This document shows positions 1-9,611 of a stretch of DNA of 64,000 bases, piece by piece. This stretch comes from an uncultured Gemmatimonadales bacterium (GTDB lineage: Bacteria; Gemmatimonadota; Gemmatimonadetes; Gemmatimonadales; GWC2-71-9), in assembly GCA_963740175.1 (NCBI GenBank), contig CAVUDL010000003.1:74150-138149 (forward strand), in the 5' to 3' direction. Each line of letters opens with the position of its first letter. The first letter of the stretch is position 1. The notes below the pieces were generated by a model, which saw nothing but the letters and a program-made list of their open reading frames with translations, had not been told where the DNA came from and ran no database searches. Both the position numbers and the translations under genes were made by a program.

Positions 1-3000
1 TTGCCGAAGCGCTGCTCGGCCCGGATCAACGCCACGCAGTTCGGAGCCGCCGCTACTCCATCCTCGGTGACCCAGGTGTTGCAGGCCTGCCGGCGGTCGG
101 GAATGTTGCCGAACGTCAGGTCGATGGTTCCGTCCGCCGAGACCGGAACACTGGACGCAGTCGCCTCGTCCTGCACCTCCTGGGCGTTGGCCGCGAACTC
201 GTTCTCCTCTTCATCCAGGTTCCGGACGTCGTTGGTCTGAGTAAAGACCTGGATGATGTTGGTGAAGTTCAGAACGTTGCGGGCGTCGAGATACGCCGTC
301 AGATCCAGCCCGCCGAGCCCGAAGCCCTTGGTGAGCCGCAGGTTCAGGTTCTTGAACGAGGGCAGCCGGCTCTGGTTCAGGCCCTCGGGGAACTCCAGGT
401 CGCAGTTGTCACCCGAGACCACGTCCTGGTCGGTGGCGCCCAGCGAGCAGGCGGTGTACGGCGTGCCGCTGGCATAGCGGAACGTGGCATAGACGCCCAC
501 GTTCTCGAAGATGGCTCCCGACGCCGTTCCCTGGTTCCAATCGTTCGGGAAGGTGAGCGAGACTGCCGCGGCCAGGGTATGCGGCCGGTTGAAGTCGGTG
601 GGCAGCACCGCCTGCGGCGGCGGCTGGTTGCCACCGGAGATGGCGTTCAGCACCCGGGACCCGAAGTCGATATACGTGTCCGGGTCGGAGCCGGTGTTCT
701 TGGCGTCCATGAAGCTGTAGGACAGGGTGCCGTTGAACAGGTTGCCGAAGCGGCGGTCGAGGCGGACGTCGATGCCCCGGGTGTTGCCGAAGTCGGCGTT
801 GGTGAGCATCCGGATGTTGCCGTTGACTCCCGTGGTCGGATCCGGCAGCGAGATCAGGCGGTTGGCGGCGTTGGACAGGTTGTCCTTGTTGTATGCCGCA
901 AAGTCCAGCACCATGTCGTCGCTGAAGGCGTGCCGGACGCCGAACTCGAAGGTGATCGACTTGCCGAAGTCGACATCGGCGCCGTAGACGTTGTTGGTGT
1001 TGGTCAGGTTGACGTCGCTGTTGATGCCCTGGAGCACCACGCCGAAGTCAGGGGCCTGCACCTGGTGGGCGTACGAGAGCCGGAAGTTGGTCCGCTCGGT
1101 CACCGGGAAGGAGACCTGGACGTGCGGGCTCAGGTAGCTGTGGCTCTCGTCTTCCCGGAACAGCTCCGGGTTGTTGAAGTACGCGTCCGGATCGTTGGGA
1201 TCGTAGTCCGGATGCGTCACGATGACCGGGAAGCCCACCGGCCGGCTGGCCCGGGTGTGATACCAGTCGTAGCGAAGACCGCCGACCAGGACCACGTCGC
1301 CCAGGTCCAGTCGATCTTCGGCGAAGAGGTTATAGCGGATGGGCTGCTCGAGGAACACGTCGGAGAAAATCTGGTCGTCCAGCTGGTGGGAGTAGTTCCC
1401 GATGTCATAGTGGGTAAGCTCGCCACCGAACTTGATCCGGTTGTAGCGGTCGAGCTGCCAGTCGAGGTTGGCCTTGCCGACCCACCGGTTCTCCTGGTAC
1501 ATGATGAGCCGGGTGCCCAGCGGGCTGCCGATGCCGTTGTCGTAGAACTGCATGTCGGCGCCGGCCGAGCCCCGGTTGTAGAGGCCGTAGGCGTTGTTCC
1601 GGTAGACGTCGCTGGTGGCGTACTGCGCCCGGTTCTCGAGGTCCAGCGGCGACCGGCGGCTGCCTGCCAGGTTGGTGCGGTAATTGTTGACCAGCTCTTC
1701 GTCCAGCGGGAAGTTGTCGAAGTCGAACAGGAAGTCGATCCCCCCGATCATGAACCCACCGAACGGATCGCGAGTGCTGGCCTCGCCCTCGGTGGTCATG
1801 GGACCCTGGAGCGTCTGGTCCGTCTGGTAGGAGAGATAGGTCTCCAACGCCAGCGCCCGCTCGGTGGACTTGCTCAGGTTCTGGGTCCAGTTCAGCGTGA
1901 ACACCCGGCTCTGCTGCTGGAAGGCCACCAGCGCCTGCGGGTTGTAGAGGTTCTGGTACGTCAGGACCCGGCCGACCAGGTCCCGGTTCTGGCTGAACGT
2001 GCGGCCCTGGAACTGGCTGGCCAACGCACTGAAGGAGATCCGGGAGCCGGTACCGAAGCTGTAGTTCAGCTTGCCGTTCACCTGGTACGTCGAACGACCC
2101 GAGTACGGCGTCCGGCCGCCCTGGCAGTCGACGCCGTAGTTGCTGGCGATTTCGGGATCGGCGCTGCCGGAGAAGTCGTCGCAGTCGCCCCGATAGGCCG
2201 CGTAGTTGTATACCGGAACCATCGTCGTGTCGGACGTCGGGTCGCCCAGCGTGCTGGGAACCGCCACGACGGTGTCGATGCCGGCCTGCACGAAGATGGG
2301 CGAATCTTGCGCGTCGACGCCGGAAGCGATCGACTTGTTGCCCTCCAGCGCGCCGGACAGGAAGAAGGTGAAGTTCCGGGTGATGGGGCCGCCGAAGCTG
2401 CCCTGGAAGCGGTTGAAGCCCAGGCTGGTGTTCTTGCCGAAGGCCTCGTCGGTCTCGAAGCCGAAGCTGCCGGTGTAGTTGCTGCCGCCGGTCTTGGTTA
2501 CGACCGAGATGATGCCGGACTGGGCGTTGCCGAACTCGGCCGACGCAGCCCCGGTGGTGACCGAGGCTTCTTCCAGGCCGCCGACGCCGACGCTGATCTC
2601 GGTACCGAGCGACCCGACGTTGCTGCCGCCGCGGTAACCCGGAGAGACCGGCACGCCGTCGATGTAGGTGACGGCTTCGTCGGTCCGGCCGCCGCGAATC
2701 GAGATGGTGTTGTTCGTGGGGCTGGCGACGACGCCCGGCTGCAGCGCCAGAACGTTGTTCAGCCGGTCCACCGGCAGATTGCTGGTGAACTCACCGTCGA
2801 TCCGCTGCTTGGTGGTGACCTCGTCCCGAGGCACCAGCGGCTGGGTCTGGGTGACGACGGTGATCTCCTGGATCTGGACCGCCGTCTGTTCCAGCTGGAT
2901 GTCCACCGTGCCGGTCTGGCCGGCGAGCACCTTCACGCCGTCCACCTGCGTCGACTTGTAGCCGATGAAGGCGGCCCGAACGCTGTACGTGCCGGCGGGA

Positions 3001-3233
3001 ACGTTGTTGATGAAGTAGTAGCCCTGCGGATTGGTGAGCGCATTGAACGCGGTGCCCACCAGAAAGACCTGCGCGTTGGCGATGGGCGCGCCCGCTTGGT
3101 CACGCACCCTGCCTTCGATCTTACCAGTCGAGCCCTGGGCGAGGAGCGAACCGGCTCCGAGGCCCAATACGACTGCCGCGAGCGCGAAGCTCCGCGCGGC
3201 GCGTGCGAAGGCGCTGACACAACTTTGCTTCAT
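1..3233 (-). CDS. TonB-dependent receptor with N-terminal carboxypeptidase-regulatory-like domain (partial; C-terminus lies beyond window start)
   Basis: Own minus-strand translation from ATG 3233 (GGAGGA 7 nt upstream): MKQSCVSAFARAARSFALAAVVLGLGAGSLLAQGSTGKIEGRVRDQAGAPIANAQVFLVG...NVPAGTYSVRAAFIGYKS, then plug-like ISIRGGRTDEAVTYIDGVP. The frame stays open to base 1. It is missing from the ORF track because it has no stop inside the window. Confidence 0.85.
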   Translation of the reverse strand, partial: MKQSCVSAFARAARSFALAAVVLGLGAGSLLAQGSTGKIEGRVRDQAGAPIANAQVFLVGTAFNALTNPQGYYFINNVPAGTYSVRAAFIGYKSTQVDGVKVLAGQTGTVDIQLEQTAVQIQEITVVTQTQPLVPRDEVTTKQRIDGEFTSNLPVDRLNNVLALQPGVVASPTNNTISIRGGRTDEAVTYIDGVPVSPGYRGGSNVGSLGTEISVGVGGLEEASVTTGAASAEFGNAQSGIISVVTKTGGSNYTGSFGFETDEAFGKNTSLGFNRFQGSFGGPITRNFTFFLSGALEGNKSIASGVDAQDSPIFVQAGIDTVVAVPSTLGDPTSDTTMVPVYNYAAYRGDCDDFSGSADPEIASNYGVDCQGGRTPYSGRSTYQVNGKLNYSFGTGSRISFSALASQFQGRTFSQNRDLVGRVLTYQNLYNPQALVAFQQQSRVFTLNWTQNLSKSTERALALETYLSYQTDQTLQGPMTTEGEASTRDPFGGFMIGGIDFLFDFDNFPLDEELVNNYRTNLAGSRRSPLDLENRAQYATSDVYRNNAYGLYNRGSAGADMQFYDNGIGSPLGTRLIMYQENRWVGKANLDWQLDRYNRIKFGGELTHYDIGNYSHQLDDQIFSDVFLEQPIRYNLFAEDRLDLGDVVLVGGLRYDWYHTRASRPVGFPVIVTHPDYDPNDPDAYFNNPELFREDESHSYLSPHVQVSFPVTERTNFRLSYAHQVQAPDFGVVLQGINSDVNLTNTNNVYGADVDFGKSITFEFGVRHAFSDDMVLDFAAYNKDNLSNAANRLISLPDPTTGVNGNIRMLTNADFGNTRGIDVRLDRRFGNLFNGTLSYSFMDAKNTGSDPDTYIDFGSRVLNAISGGNQPPPQAVLPTDFNRPHTLAAAVSLTFPNDWNQGTASGAIFENVGVYATFRYASGTPYTACSLGATDQDVVSGDNCDLEFPEGLNQSRLPSFKNLNLRLTKGFGLGGLDLTAYLDARNVLNFTNIIQVFTQTNDVRNLDEEENEFAANAQEVQDEATASSVPVSADGTIDLTFGNIPDRRQACNTWVTEDGVAAAPNCVALIRAEQRFG

Positions 3234-3417
3234 GGATACGTCCTCCAAAGGCGTGGACCTGCGATTACTGCCAGCTTGGAGCGGGAGGCTGCACGCCTCC
3301 CCTTTCGGCCAAAGGCCTAAATCGGGATGCGACTGCGTGGGATGTCAGCCTGCATGATGTGATGGGAACGGCGTAAAACCACCTGCGAACGTCGACCGCG
3401 GCCCGGTCGCGGTGCCT

Positions 3418-3446
3418 AATATGAAGTGACTAAAATCTGGTGTCAA
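3418..3446 (-). promoter_or_regulatory. Candidate sigma-70 type promoter (TTGACA-N17-CATATT) for the TonB receptor gene
   Basis: Minus strand reads TTGACAccagattttagtcacttCATATT, about 180 nt upstream of ATG 3233. Motif match only. Confidence 0.35.
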
Positions 3447-3696
3447 GGAAAGGTCACGGCTCGAAGTCGGTTGGACATGGCCGATGTAACTCTCTGAAAC
3501 CGAGAAGGTTGCCCGATGAAACACCAGCGGCCCGAGTTGCTACTGCCCGGAATGAGACGAGACCGGCGCGGCGTGAAAATTCGGCGGCGAATGCGCGGTC
3601 CTTACGCGGGTGCGGTATCGGTGTCGCGGTGCCGTAACCTGATTTGCTGGACGCGATGATACTTCGAGGAAGGAATTTTGGTAAGGGGTGAGGGGA

Positions 3697-3727
3697 AGCT
3701 GGAGCTAGGGGCTCCTAGCTCCCAGCT
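3697..3727. repeat. Palindromic hairpin AGCTGGAGCTAGG-ggct-CCTAGCTCCCAGCT overlapping the M24 stop codon (terminator or REP-like)
   Basis: Inverted repeat read directly. It shares its core with the element at 17560-17625. Confidence 0.6.
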
Positions 3728-4883
3728 ACAATCAACTCGTCCTGCGGCTGCTTCGGCGTCACCTCGGGTCCCCGCTCACTCCAGAAGACATTGACCTCGC
3801 TGCGGACGCCGAACTCTCCCGCGAGGTAGATCCCCGGCTCCACCGAGAAACCCACTCCGGGCACCAGTAGCCGGTCGTCATGGGTCTCGTAGTCGTCGAG
3901 GTGCGGTCCCGAGCCGTGAAGATCCCGATCGATGGAATGCCCGGTCCGGTGCACGAACGCATCGCCGAAGCCGGCCGCCTCGATGACAGCACGCGCGGCC
4001 CGGTCTGCCTCGTACCCAGCTATGGGCCGTTGCTCCTCCGCGGCGCGCCGAACCTCCGCAATCGCGGCGTCCCGGGCGGCGCGCACCGTGCGCCAAACCT
4101 GGGCCAGTCGCTCCGGCGGCCGAGGCCCGGCAAAGCCCGATCCAGGTCTGATCGGCAAACACCGTCGTTCGGGTTCGACCGGCCCACAGGTCCAGCAGGA
4201 TGACGTCCCCGGCTCGAAGCGTCGCATCCTTTCCCGGATGCGGCTCGTAGTGCGGACTGGGCGGAGTTCGGGCCGAATGCCACGATGGGATGGGTATCGA
4301 ACACCAGGCCGCGAGTCTCGACTTCCGCCACCACCCTCGCCTGCAGCGCCGACTCCGTCAGGCCGGTGTCCGACTCATGGACCGCCTTCCGCAGTGACGC
4401 GCGCGCCACTGACGCCAGGATCTCCGCCGCAGCGCGGTGATCGTCCGCCTCGGCCGCGCTCCAGCGCGCCGCAAAGCGGGACACCAGCGATCCCGACGGC
4501 ACGATGGTGGCCCCGAGCCGCCGCAGCAGCTCGATGACACCGTAGGGGACCCGGTCCAGATAGGGTACGGCGTCATCGGGCGATATTTCCATCGCCAGGC
4601 GGCGTCCGGAAACCAGCGGAGCCAGTGCCGTATGGAGCTCGCTCCATCGGGCGTAAGGAACTACTCGGCCGGGAAATCCCTCCAGCCCCTGCAGCTCGAT
4701 CTTGTGCGCCACGGCGACCGGCTCGCCCTCCCGGGGAAGCAGGACAAACAACCGTCGCGTGTTCATCCCTTTGAGGCCGAGCACGCGGCCCGCCACCGGA
4801 TTGAGGCCGTGGAAGTCGAAGAGAAGCCAGCCGTCCACCTGGGCCTCGCCCAACGACCGGCGCAGCTCGGTCAGGTCAATCAC
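3715..4883 (-). pseudogene. M24 family Xaa-Pro aminopeptidase/dipeptidase, interrupted by two +1 frame breaks (near 4260 and 4138)
   Basis: ORF 4020..4913 gives the N-domain up to PIVAFGPNSA. The middle SPHYEPHPGKDATLRAGDVILLDLW...FADQTWIG is in a second frame. ORF 3715..4227 gives HRTGHSIDRDLHGSGPHL...GVGFSVEPGIY. GTG 4883 overlaps the upstream stop (GTGA). Confidence 0.8.
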
Positions 4884-5506
4884 TCGTACACCTCGGCGAG
4901 AGCGGTTCGCCACCGGCAGAGCTTTCCGCCGCGACCAAGACAGGTTTCATGCAGCAGCGCGTCCTCGAACCCGGTGAGGCCCCGCAGCAGCTCCTGGTAG
5001 GCGGCTCCATAGAAGAGGCATGCTTCCCCGGCCGGTGCGGCCACAATCGAGAGTGGCGCCGTCATGGTCACCTCGATGACGCGGTCGCGAACGTTGACCT
5101 CCCCGTCGAACACACTCCGGCCCAGCCGAGCCACGCTCCGGAGGGCGAGTCGCCGGGCCACACTCCTGGGCGACATCCTGGCCAGCGTTCGCGAGGGACG
5201 TCCCCGGCCTCTCGCGGCATAGCGCGCCGCCCGCCGGCCGGCATCGGCAAACACCAGCGCCGCATCCGGCCGCCGTCCAACCAGCCGCAGCACCGACAAC
5301 ACCTCATCGGTATCCACGGTGCCGCCGCGCTCGGCCGTTTGCCGGTATCGCTGGATCTGGGCGGCTACGGTGGGACTGAGCCCAAGGCGGCGGACCACGA
5401 TCTCCTCGGCGAGCTCCTCCATTCCATCCTCGACAGGGGTGTCAAGATTGCGGAGGGCCTCGAGCAGGCTGAGCGGGATGAGTGCGGCTACGGTGGGTTT
5501 GGGCAC
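4880..5506 (-). CDS. V4R (4-vinyl reductase-like) domain protein
   Basis: C-terminus GEACLFYGAAYQELLRGLTGF...HETCLGRGGKLCRW resembles the E..C...G...C V4R signature. GTG start. Confidence 0.45.
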   Translation of the reverse strand: MPKPTVAALIPLSLLEALRNLDTPVEDGMEELAEEIVVRRLGLSPTVAAQIQRYRQTAERGGTVDTDEVLSVLRLVGRRPDAALVFADAGRRAARYAARGRGRPSRTLARMSPRSVARRLALRSVARLGRSVFDGEVNVRDRVIEVTMTAPLSIVAAPAGEACLFYGAAYQELLRGLTGFEDALLHETCLGRGGKLCRWRTALAEVYE

Positions 5507-5595
5507 GGGCGTTGGCGCGGAACATAGCCCGCCCGGCCCGGGCCAGCCAGTGGGTCGCGATGACTCAGGCCCACCGGGCGACTACATTCACTCTC

Positions 5596-6165
5596 ATGGC
5601 TGAGCCGTCTGTTGCCGGGCGTTCGTTCGATGATGAAGCCCTTCCCCACCTCGATACGCTTTATCGGGTCGCGCTGCGCCTCACCGCCGACCCCACTCTG
5701 GCCGAGGACCTGGTGCAGGACACCATGCTCAAGGCATACCGCTCCTGGCACCAGTACCGCCCCGGAACCAACGCGCGCGGTTGGCTGCTGACAATTCTTC
5801 GGAACACGTTCATCAACGACTATCGCCGCCGCAAGCACGAGCCGGTTGCCATGGACCTGGAAGCAGTCGAGCCGCACGCCCTCTACCGCTCGGTCGAGGA
5901 GACCGATCCCGAGGGCACTTTCTTCTCCCAGATCGTGGATGCGAAAGTGGTGGAGGCTATCGACGCCCTGCCGACCGAATTTCGCGAGGTGCTGTCGCTG
6001 AGCGACATAGAAGGGATGAGCTATGGGGAGATCGCGGAGACCCTCAACATTCCAGTCGGCACCGTAAAGTCCCGTCTCTTCCGCGCCCGACGCCAGCTTC
6101 AGACCCGCCTGTATGCTCATGCCGTCGAGATGGGATACATCAAACCGCGGGAGCCGGTCCGATGA
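5596..6165 (+). CDS. ECF (sigma-70 family) RNA polymerase sigma factor
   Basis: Region 2 (AEDLVQDTMLKAYRSWHQYR...WLLTILRNTFINDYRR) and region 4 (FREVLSLSDIEGMSYGEIAETLNIPVGTVKSRLFRARRQL). ATG at 5596 chosen; 5560 is also possible. Confidence 0.85.
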   Translation: MAEPSVAGRSFDDEALPHLDTLYRVALRLTADPTLAEDLVQDTMLKAYRSWHQYRPGTNARGWLLTILRNTFINDYRRRKHEPVAMDLEAVEPHALYRSVEETDPEGTFFSQIVDAKVVEAIDALPTEFREVLSLSDIEGMSYGEIAETLNIPVGTVKSRLFRARRQLQTRLYAHAVEMGYIKPREPVR

Positions 6166-6404
6166 ATCGCCTGGACTGCCAGGAGGCGCTCGACCACCTG
6201 CAGGACTATTTGAAGCGCGAGCTCACCCCTGAACTGGTGACCGAGGTAAAGGCCCACCTCGAGCGCTGCCGCGACTGCTCCGGATACGCGTGCTTCGAGC
6301 AGAGCTTTCTCCAGCTGCTGGAACGTCGGGCCGACAAAGAGATCTGTCCCCAGGAAGTTCGCGCCCGGATCCTGGCGGCGTTGCGGGCGGCGAGAGACAG
6401 CTGA
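6162..6404 (+). CDS. Zinc-finger (zf-HC2, ZAS-type) anti-sigma factor
   Basis: MNRLDCQEALDHLQDYLKRELTPELVTEVKAHLERCRDCSGY with the H-x3-C-x2-C motif. ATGA overlap with the sigma gene stop. Confidence 0.75.
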   Translation: MNRLDCQEALDHLQDYLKRELTPELVTEVKAHLERCRDCSGYACFEQSFLQLLERRADKEICPQEVRARILAALRAARDS

Positions 6405-6430
6405 CGATCCCGCTTCCACTGGCGGCGGCA

Positions 6431-7189
6431 GTGTCGGCGTTGGTGGCGGTGGTGGGATGGCGGGCGCGAACCCTGACCGGTGCCGGCGCCCTGGCCGCGT
6501 GGACCGTCGGAGTCCCGGTGCTGTACGGAACCGGGTGGCAGGGCGGCGCTGTGCTGGCCGCCTTCTTCATTTCCAGCAGTCTGATCTCACGGCTGGCCTC
6601 CAGGCACCGGGACCCCGGGATAGATCCAAAAGGGGACCGGCGAGATCTCTGGCAGGTCTACGCCAATGGAGCGGCCGCAGCCGCCGGAGGCGTGGTTGGG
6701 GCAGTCGAACCCCGGTTGGGTCTATGGCTCGTCTCCGCCGCATTGGCGGCCGCCGCGGCTGACACCTGGGCGACCAGCGTGGGCAGCCGCAGCCGCACAA
6801 CGCCTCGGTTGATCTGGAGTCGCCGCTTGGTGCCCGCTGGGACCAACGGCGGAGTCACGCCGCTCGGGACCATGGGCGGAGCTGTGGGAGCCTTGATCGT
6901 GGCCGGCACTGGAGCGGTGGCATCCGGCACGCCCATCCTGCTCCCGGTGGGAACGCTGATAGGTTTCCTCGGGATGGCGATGGATTCCACGCTCGGCGCG
7001 ATTCAAGGGAGCTTCCGCTGCCCGTCGTGCAATGTCGCGAGCGAGTGGAAGGTCCACCGCTGCGGCTCGGCAACGGTACGGGAGAGTGGGCTGGCATGGC
7101 TGAACAACGATGGGGTCAACTTTCTGGCGACCCTGGCCGCCGCCGGGACCGGCTGGGCTGCATGGCAGTGGCTGGCCTCTCCGGGCTGA
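6431..7189 (+). CDS. DUF92 / TMEM19-family integral membrane protein (family of plant VTE6 phytyl-phosphate kinase)
   Basis: Multi-TM sequence with C-terminal FRCPSCNVASEWKVHRCG...LNNDGVNF. Start uncertain (GTG 6431 or earlier; the frame is open from the anti-sigma stop). Confidence 0.65.
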   Translation: MSALVAVVGWRARTLTGAGALAAWTVGVPVLYGTGWQGGAVLAAFFISSSLISRLASRHRDPGIDPKGDRRDLWQVYANGAAAAAGGVVGAVEPRLGLWLVSAALAAAAADTWATSVGSRSRTTPRLIWSRRLVPAGTNGGVTPLGTMGGAVGALIVAGTGAVASGTPILLPVGTLIGFLGMAMDSTLGAIQGSFRCPSCNVASEWKVHRCGSATVRESGLAWLNNDGVNFLATLAAAGTGWAAWQWLASPG

Positions 7190-7196
7190 ACTTTCC

Positions 7197-8429
7197 ATGA
7201 CCACTTCCCCCAACCCCACCGCCGAATACGATGTTCTCGTGGTGGGCGGCGGTCCGGCCGGGAGTGCCACTGCAGCCTTTCTGGCGCGGGCTGGTCATTC
7301 CGTCCTGATCGTGGATCGCGCCGCTTTCCCCCGGGACAAAGCCTGCTCCGAGTACATGAGCCCGGAAGCAGTTCGCATCCTGGCGCGACTCGGTGTGCTG
7401 GAGCCACTCGAACGAGCCGGCGCCTTTCCCCTGGAGGGGATGAAGGTCACCGGACCCCGAGGAGCCACCGCCCACGGCAAATTCGCGCTGGCAGGACACG
7501 CTCCCTTTCGGCCCTGCGGACTTTCCGTCTCGCGTCTGATCCTGGACCAACAGTTGCTCGGCGCCGCCCGGGCCGCCGGGGCGCAGGTCCTGGAACGTCA
7601 CTGCGTAGAGGATATCCAGCAGGAGGCGGGCGCGGTCGTTGGCGCCCTCATGCGCGACGCGGGGGGTCGCCGCCGGACTGTTCGAGCCCGGCTTACGGTT
7701 GGCGCAGACGGGCTGCGGTCTGTCGTCTCGCGAGTCCTGGGAGGGCGGAGGCGGGGCCCCTCCCAGCGCATCGCCTTCGTCGCCCATGTTGCCGGAGTGG
7801 CTGACATGGGGCCCTCAGCGGAGCTGCATTTCCGCGACCATGCCTATATCGGTCTCAACCAGATCGGTCACGATCAGACCAACGTAGCGCTGGTGGTCCC
7901 TTCAACCCGGGCCAGGCATGCCCGTGAAGGCCTGGAGCAATTCTTCAGCGACACGCTGCGGCAGTTCCCCGGTGTGAAGGAGCGCGTCGAAGCGGGCGAG
8001 GTGGTGCGTCCCATTCTGGCGACGGGTCCCTTCGCCGTACGCTCGCGCAGGGTGATCGCACCGGGCGCGCTTCTGGTCGGCGATGCGGCGGACTTCTTCG
8101 ATCCCGCAACCGGAGACGGGATCTACTGCGCGCTTCGCGGAGCCGAGCTGGTGGCGGAATCCGTGGCGGACGGGTTGCGGCGCCCCGGGCCGGTTGGAAT
8201 CGATGCCCTTGCCGCGTATCCATTGATGCGGCGGCGGGAGTTTTCCGCGAAATGGGCACTCGATCGCTTGCTGGAGTACGCGCTTCGCTTCCCGCGACTG
8301 TTCGATCGCGGGATATCAGGGATCGGCCGACACGAGGGCATGGCGCACACCGTCATCGGCCTGGCCGGAGGCTTCGTTCCGCTGCGCTCGGTGCTCAACC
8401 CGCTGTTTCTCGCCCGGATGGTATTGTGA
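7197..8429 (+). CDS. Geranylgeranyl reductase family FAD-dependent oxidoreductase
   Basis: YDVLVVGGGPAGSATAAFLARAGHSVLIVDRAAFPRDKACSEYMSPEA dinucleotide-binding fold. ATG at 7197. Confidence 0.8.
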   Translation: MTTSPNPTAEYDVLVVGGGPAGSATAAFLARAGHSVLIVDRAAFPRDKACSEYMSPEAVRILARLGVLEPLERAGAFPLEGMKVTGPRGATAHGKFALAGHAPFRPCGLSVSRLILDQQLLGAARAAGAQVLERHCVEDIQQEAGAVVGALMRDAGGRRRTVRARLTVGADGLRSVVSRVLGGRRRGPSQRIAFVAHVAGVADMGPSAELHFRDHAYIGLNQIGHDQTNVALVVPSTRARHAREGLEQFFSDTLRQFPGVKERVEAGEVVRPILATGPFAVRSRRVIAPGALLVGDAADFFDPATGDGIYCALRGAELVAESVADGLRRPGPVGIDALAAYPLMRRREFSAKWALDRLLEYALRFPRLFDRGISGIGRHEGMAHTVIGLAGGFVPLRSVLNPLFLARMVL

Positions 8430-8908
8430 GCGGCGCGGATGTCGATCCCTATCAGTTCCGACAGCTCCTGGGCCGGTTCGCCACCGGGGTCACGGTGCTG
8501 ACGGTGGCTACTCCCGACGGCAAGCCAATGGGAATGACCGCGAGCAGTCTGTCTTCGGTTTCGCTGCAGCCTCCGCTGATCTCCGCCTGCGTAGACCGGG
8601 AAGCCGAGCTGCATGACGTGATCGTGCAGGCGCCGGAGTTCGTCGTGAATGTGCTCAGCAGTCCCCAGGAGGTACTGGCCCGCCGGTTCTCCGACAAGCA
8701 TGAGGATCGTTTCGAGGGCATCGGGTACCATCTCAGCCCTGAAGGGCTGATCCTGCTCGATGGGGTACTCGCCCACCTCATCTGCGAGCGATACGCGGAG
8801 TATCCCGGCGGCGACCACACCATCGTGCTGGGTCGCGTCGTGGGCGGCGCCACCGGCGACGGCCGCCCGCTCCTTTACTACCGCGGCGGGTACGCGGTGC
8901 TCGGGTGA
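8426..8908 (+). CDS. Flavin reductase family protein (FMN-binding split barrel)
   Basis: FRQLLGRFATGVTVLTVATPDGKPMGMTASSLSSVSLQPPLISACV...GGDHTIVLGRV. GTGA overlap with the upstream stop. Confidence 0.8.
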   Translation: MSGADVDPYQFRQLLGRFATGVTVLTVATPDGKPMGMTASSLSSVSLQPPLISACVDREAELHDVIVQAPEFVVNVLSSPQEVLARRFSDKHEDRFEGIGYHLSPEGLILLDGVLAHLICERYAEYPGGDHTIVLGRVVGGATGDGRPLLYYRGGYAVLG

Positions 8909-8912
8909 AGTG

Positions 8913-9611
8913 ATGGGGGACCTCGCGATCACATCCATCGGCACGGAGCTGCTGGACGACCCGGCTGCAGATCCGGCCGCCGTGGCCGAATCGCTCCGGA
9001 ACATCGCGCGGGCGAACCGCTGGTTCGGTGGCGCTGCCGCCGTGCGGTTCGGTCTGCATCGCACCCTCGGCCAGGTGCCGCCGGGCTCCCACCTGTCTCT
9101 GCTCGACCTGGGAACCGGCCTGGGCGACCTGCCCGCCGCGGCGGTCCGCTGGGCTTCCCGGCGAGAAATTCGGCTGTCCCCCGTGGGCATCGAGGTCAAC
9201 CGGATCGCAGCCGCCCTCGCATGCCGCGCCGGTCTGCCGACGGCGCTCGCCTGCGCCAGCGCGCCACCGCTGCGCGACAAGAGCGTTGACGTCGTACTGG
9301 TGAGCCAGGTCGCTCATCACCTGACGGCGGCGTCCGTCGTCCATCTCCTTCGCACCTGCGACCGCCTGGCGCGCCGGGCCGTGATCGTCGCGGACCTGCG
9401 CCGGCACCCGCTCGCGGGAACGGCCTTCTGGTGCGGAGCCCGGCTCCTCGGCTTTGACGGCGTCACCATCGCGGACGGGATGACCTCGATTCGGCGCGGC
9501 TTCAGGAAAGAGGAGCTGCTGGGCCTGATGGCTCGGGCCGGCGTTACCGGAGAGGTCCACCGGCGGCTCGGATCTCGATTGGTGGCCACCTGGATTCCTC
9601 AATCCGGTTGA
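8913..9611 (+). CDS. SAM-dependent methyltransferase
   Basis: LLDLGTGLGDL motif I, VDVVLVSQVAHHL, ADLRRHP. Confidence 0.7.
   Translation: MGDLAITSIGTELLDDPAADPAAVAESLRNIARANRWFGGAAAVRFGLHRTLGQVPPGSHLSLLDLGTGLGDLPAAAVRWASRREIRLSPVGIEVNRIAAALACRAGLPTALACASAPPLRDKSVDVVLVSQVAHHLTAASVVHLLRTCDRLARRAVIVADLRRHPLAGTAFWCGARLLGFDGVTIADGMTSIRRGFRKEELLGLMARAGVTGEVHRRLGSRLVATWIPQSG

Noticed and set aside
579-3320. 913-aa plus-strand ORF, the longest entry in this part of the track
   Set aside because: Val/Gly/Ala/Asp/Arg-rich composition typical of the antisense frame of a high-GC gene. The opposite strand encodes a clean TonB-dependent receptor with RBS, signal peptide and recognisable domains.
3234-3714. 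Cobalamin or TPP riboswitch upstream of the TonB receptor (likewise a cobalamin/SAM/SAH element upstream of metH at 44485-44638)
   Set aside because: I could not find the conserved cores (for example a B12 box) by eye. Only a covariance-model scan could settle this, so these are reported as unclassified leaders, not as riboswitches.
5519-5523. GGAAC as the ECF-type -35 element upstream of the sigma gene
   Set aside because: No convincing CGT-type -10 at 16-17 nt spacing, so it is not reported as a promoter.
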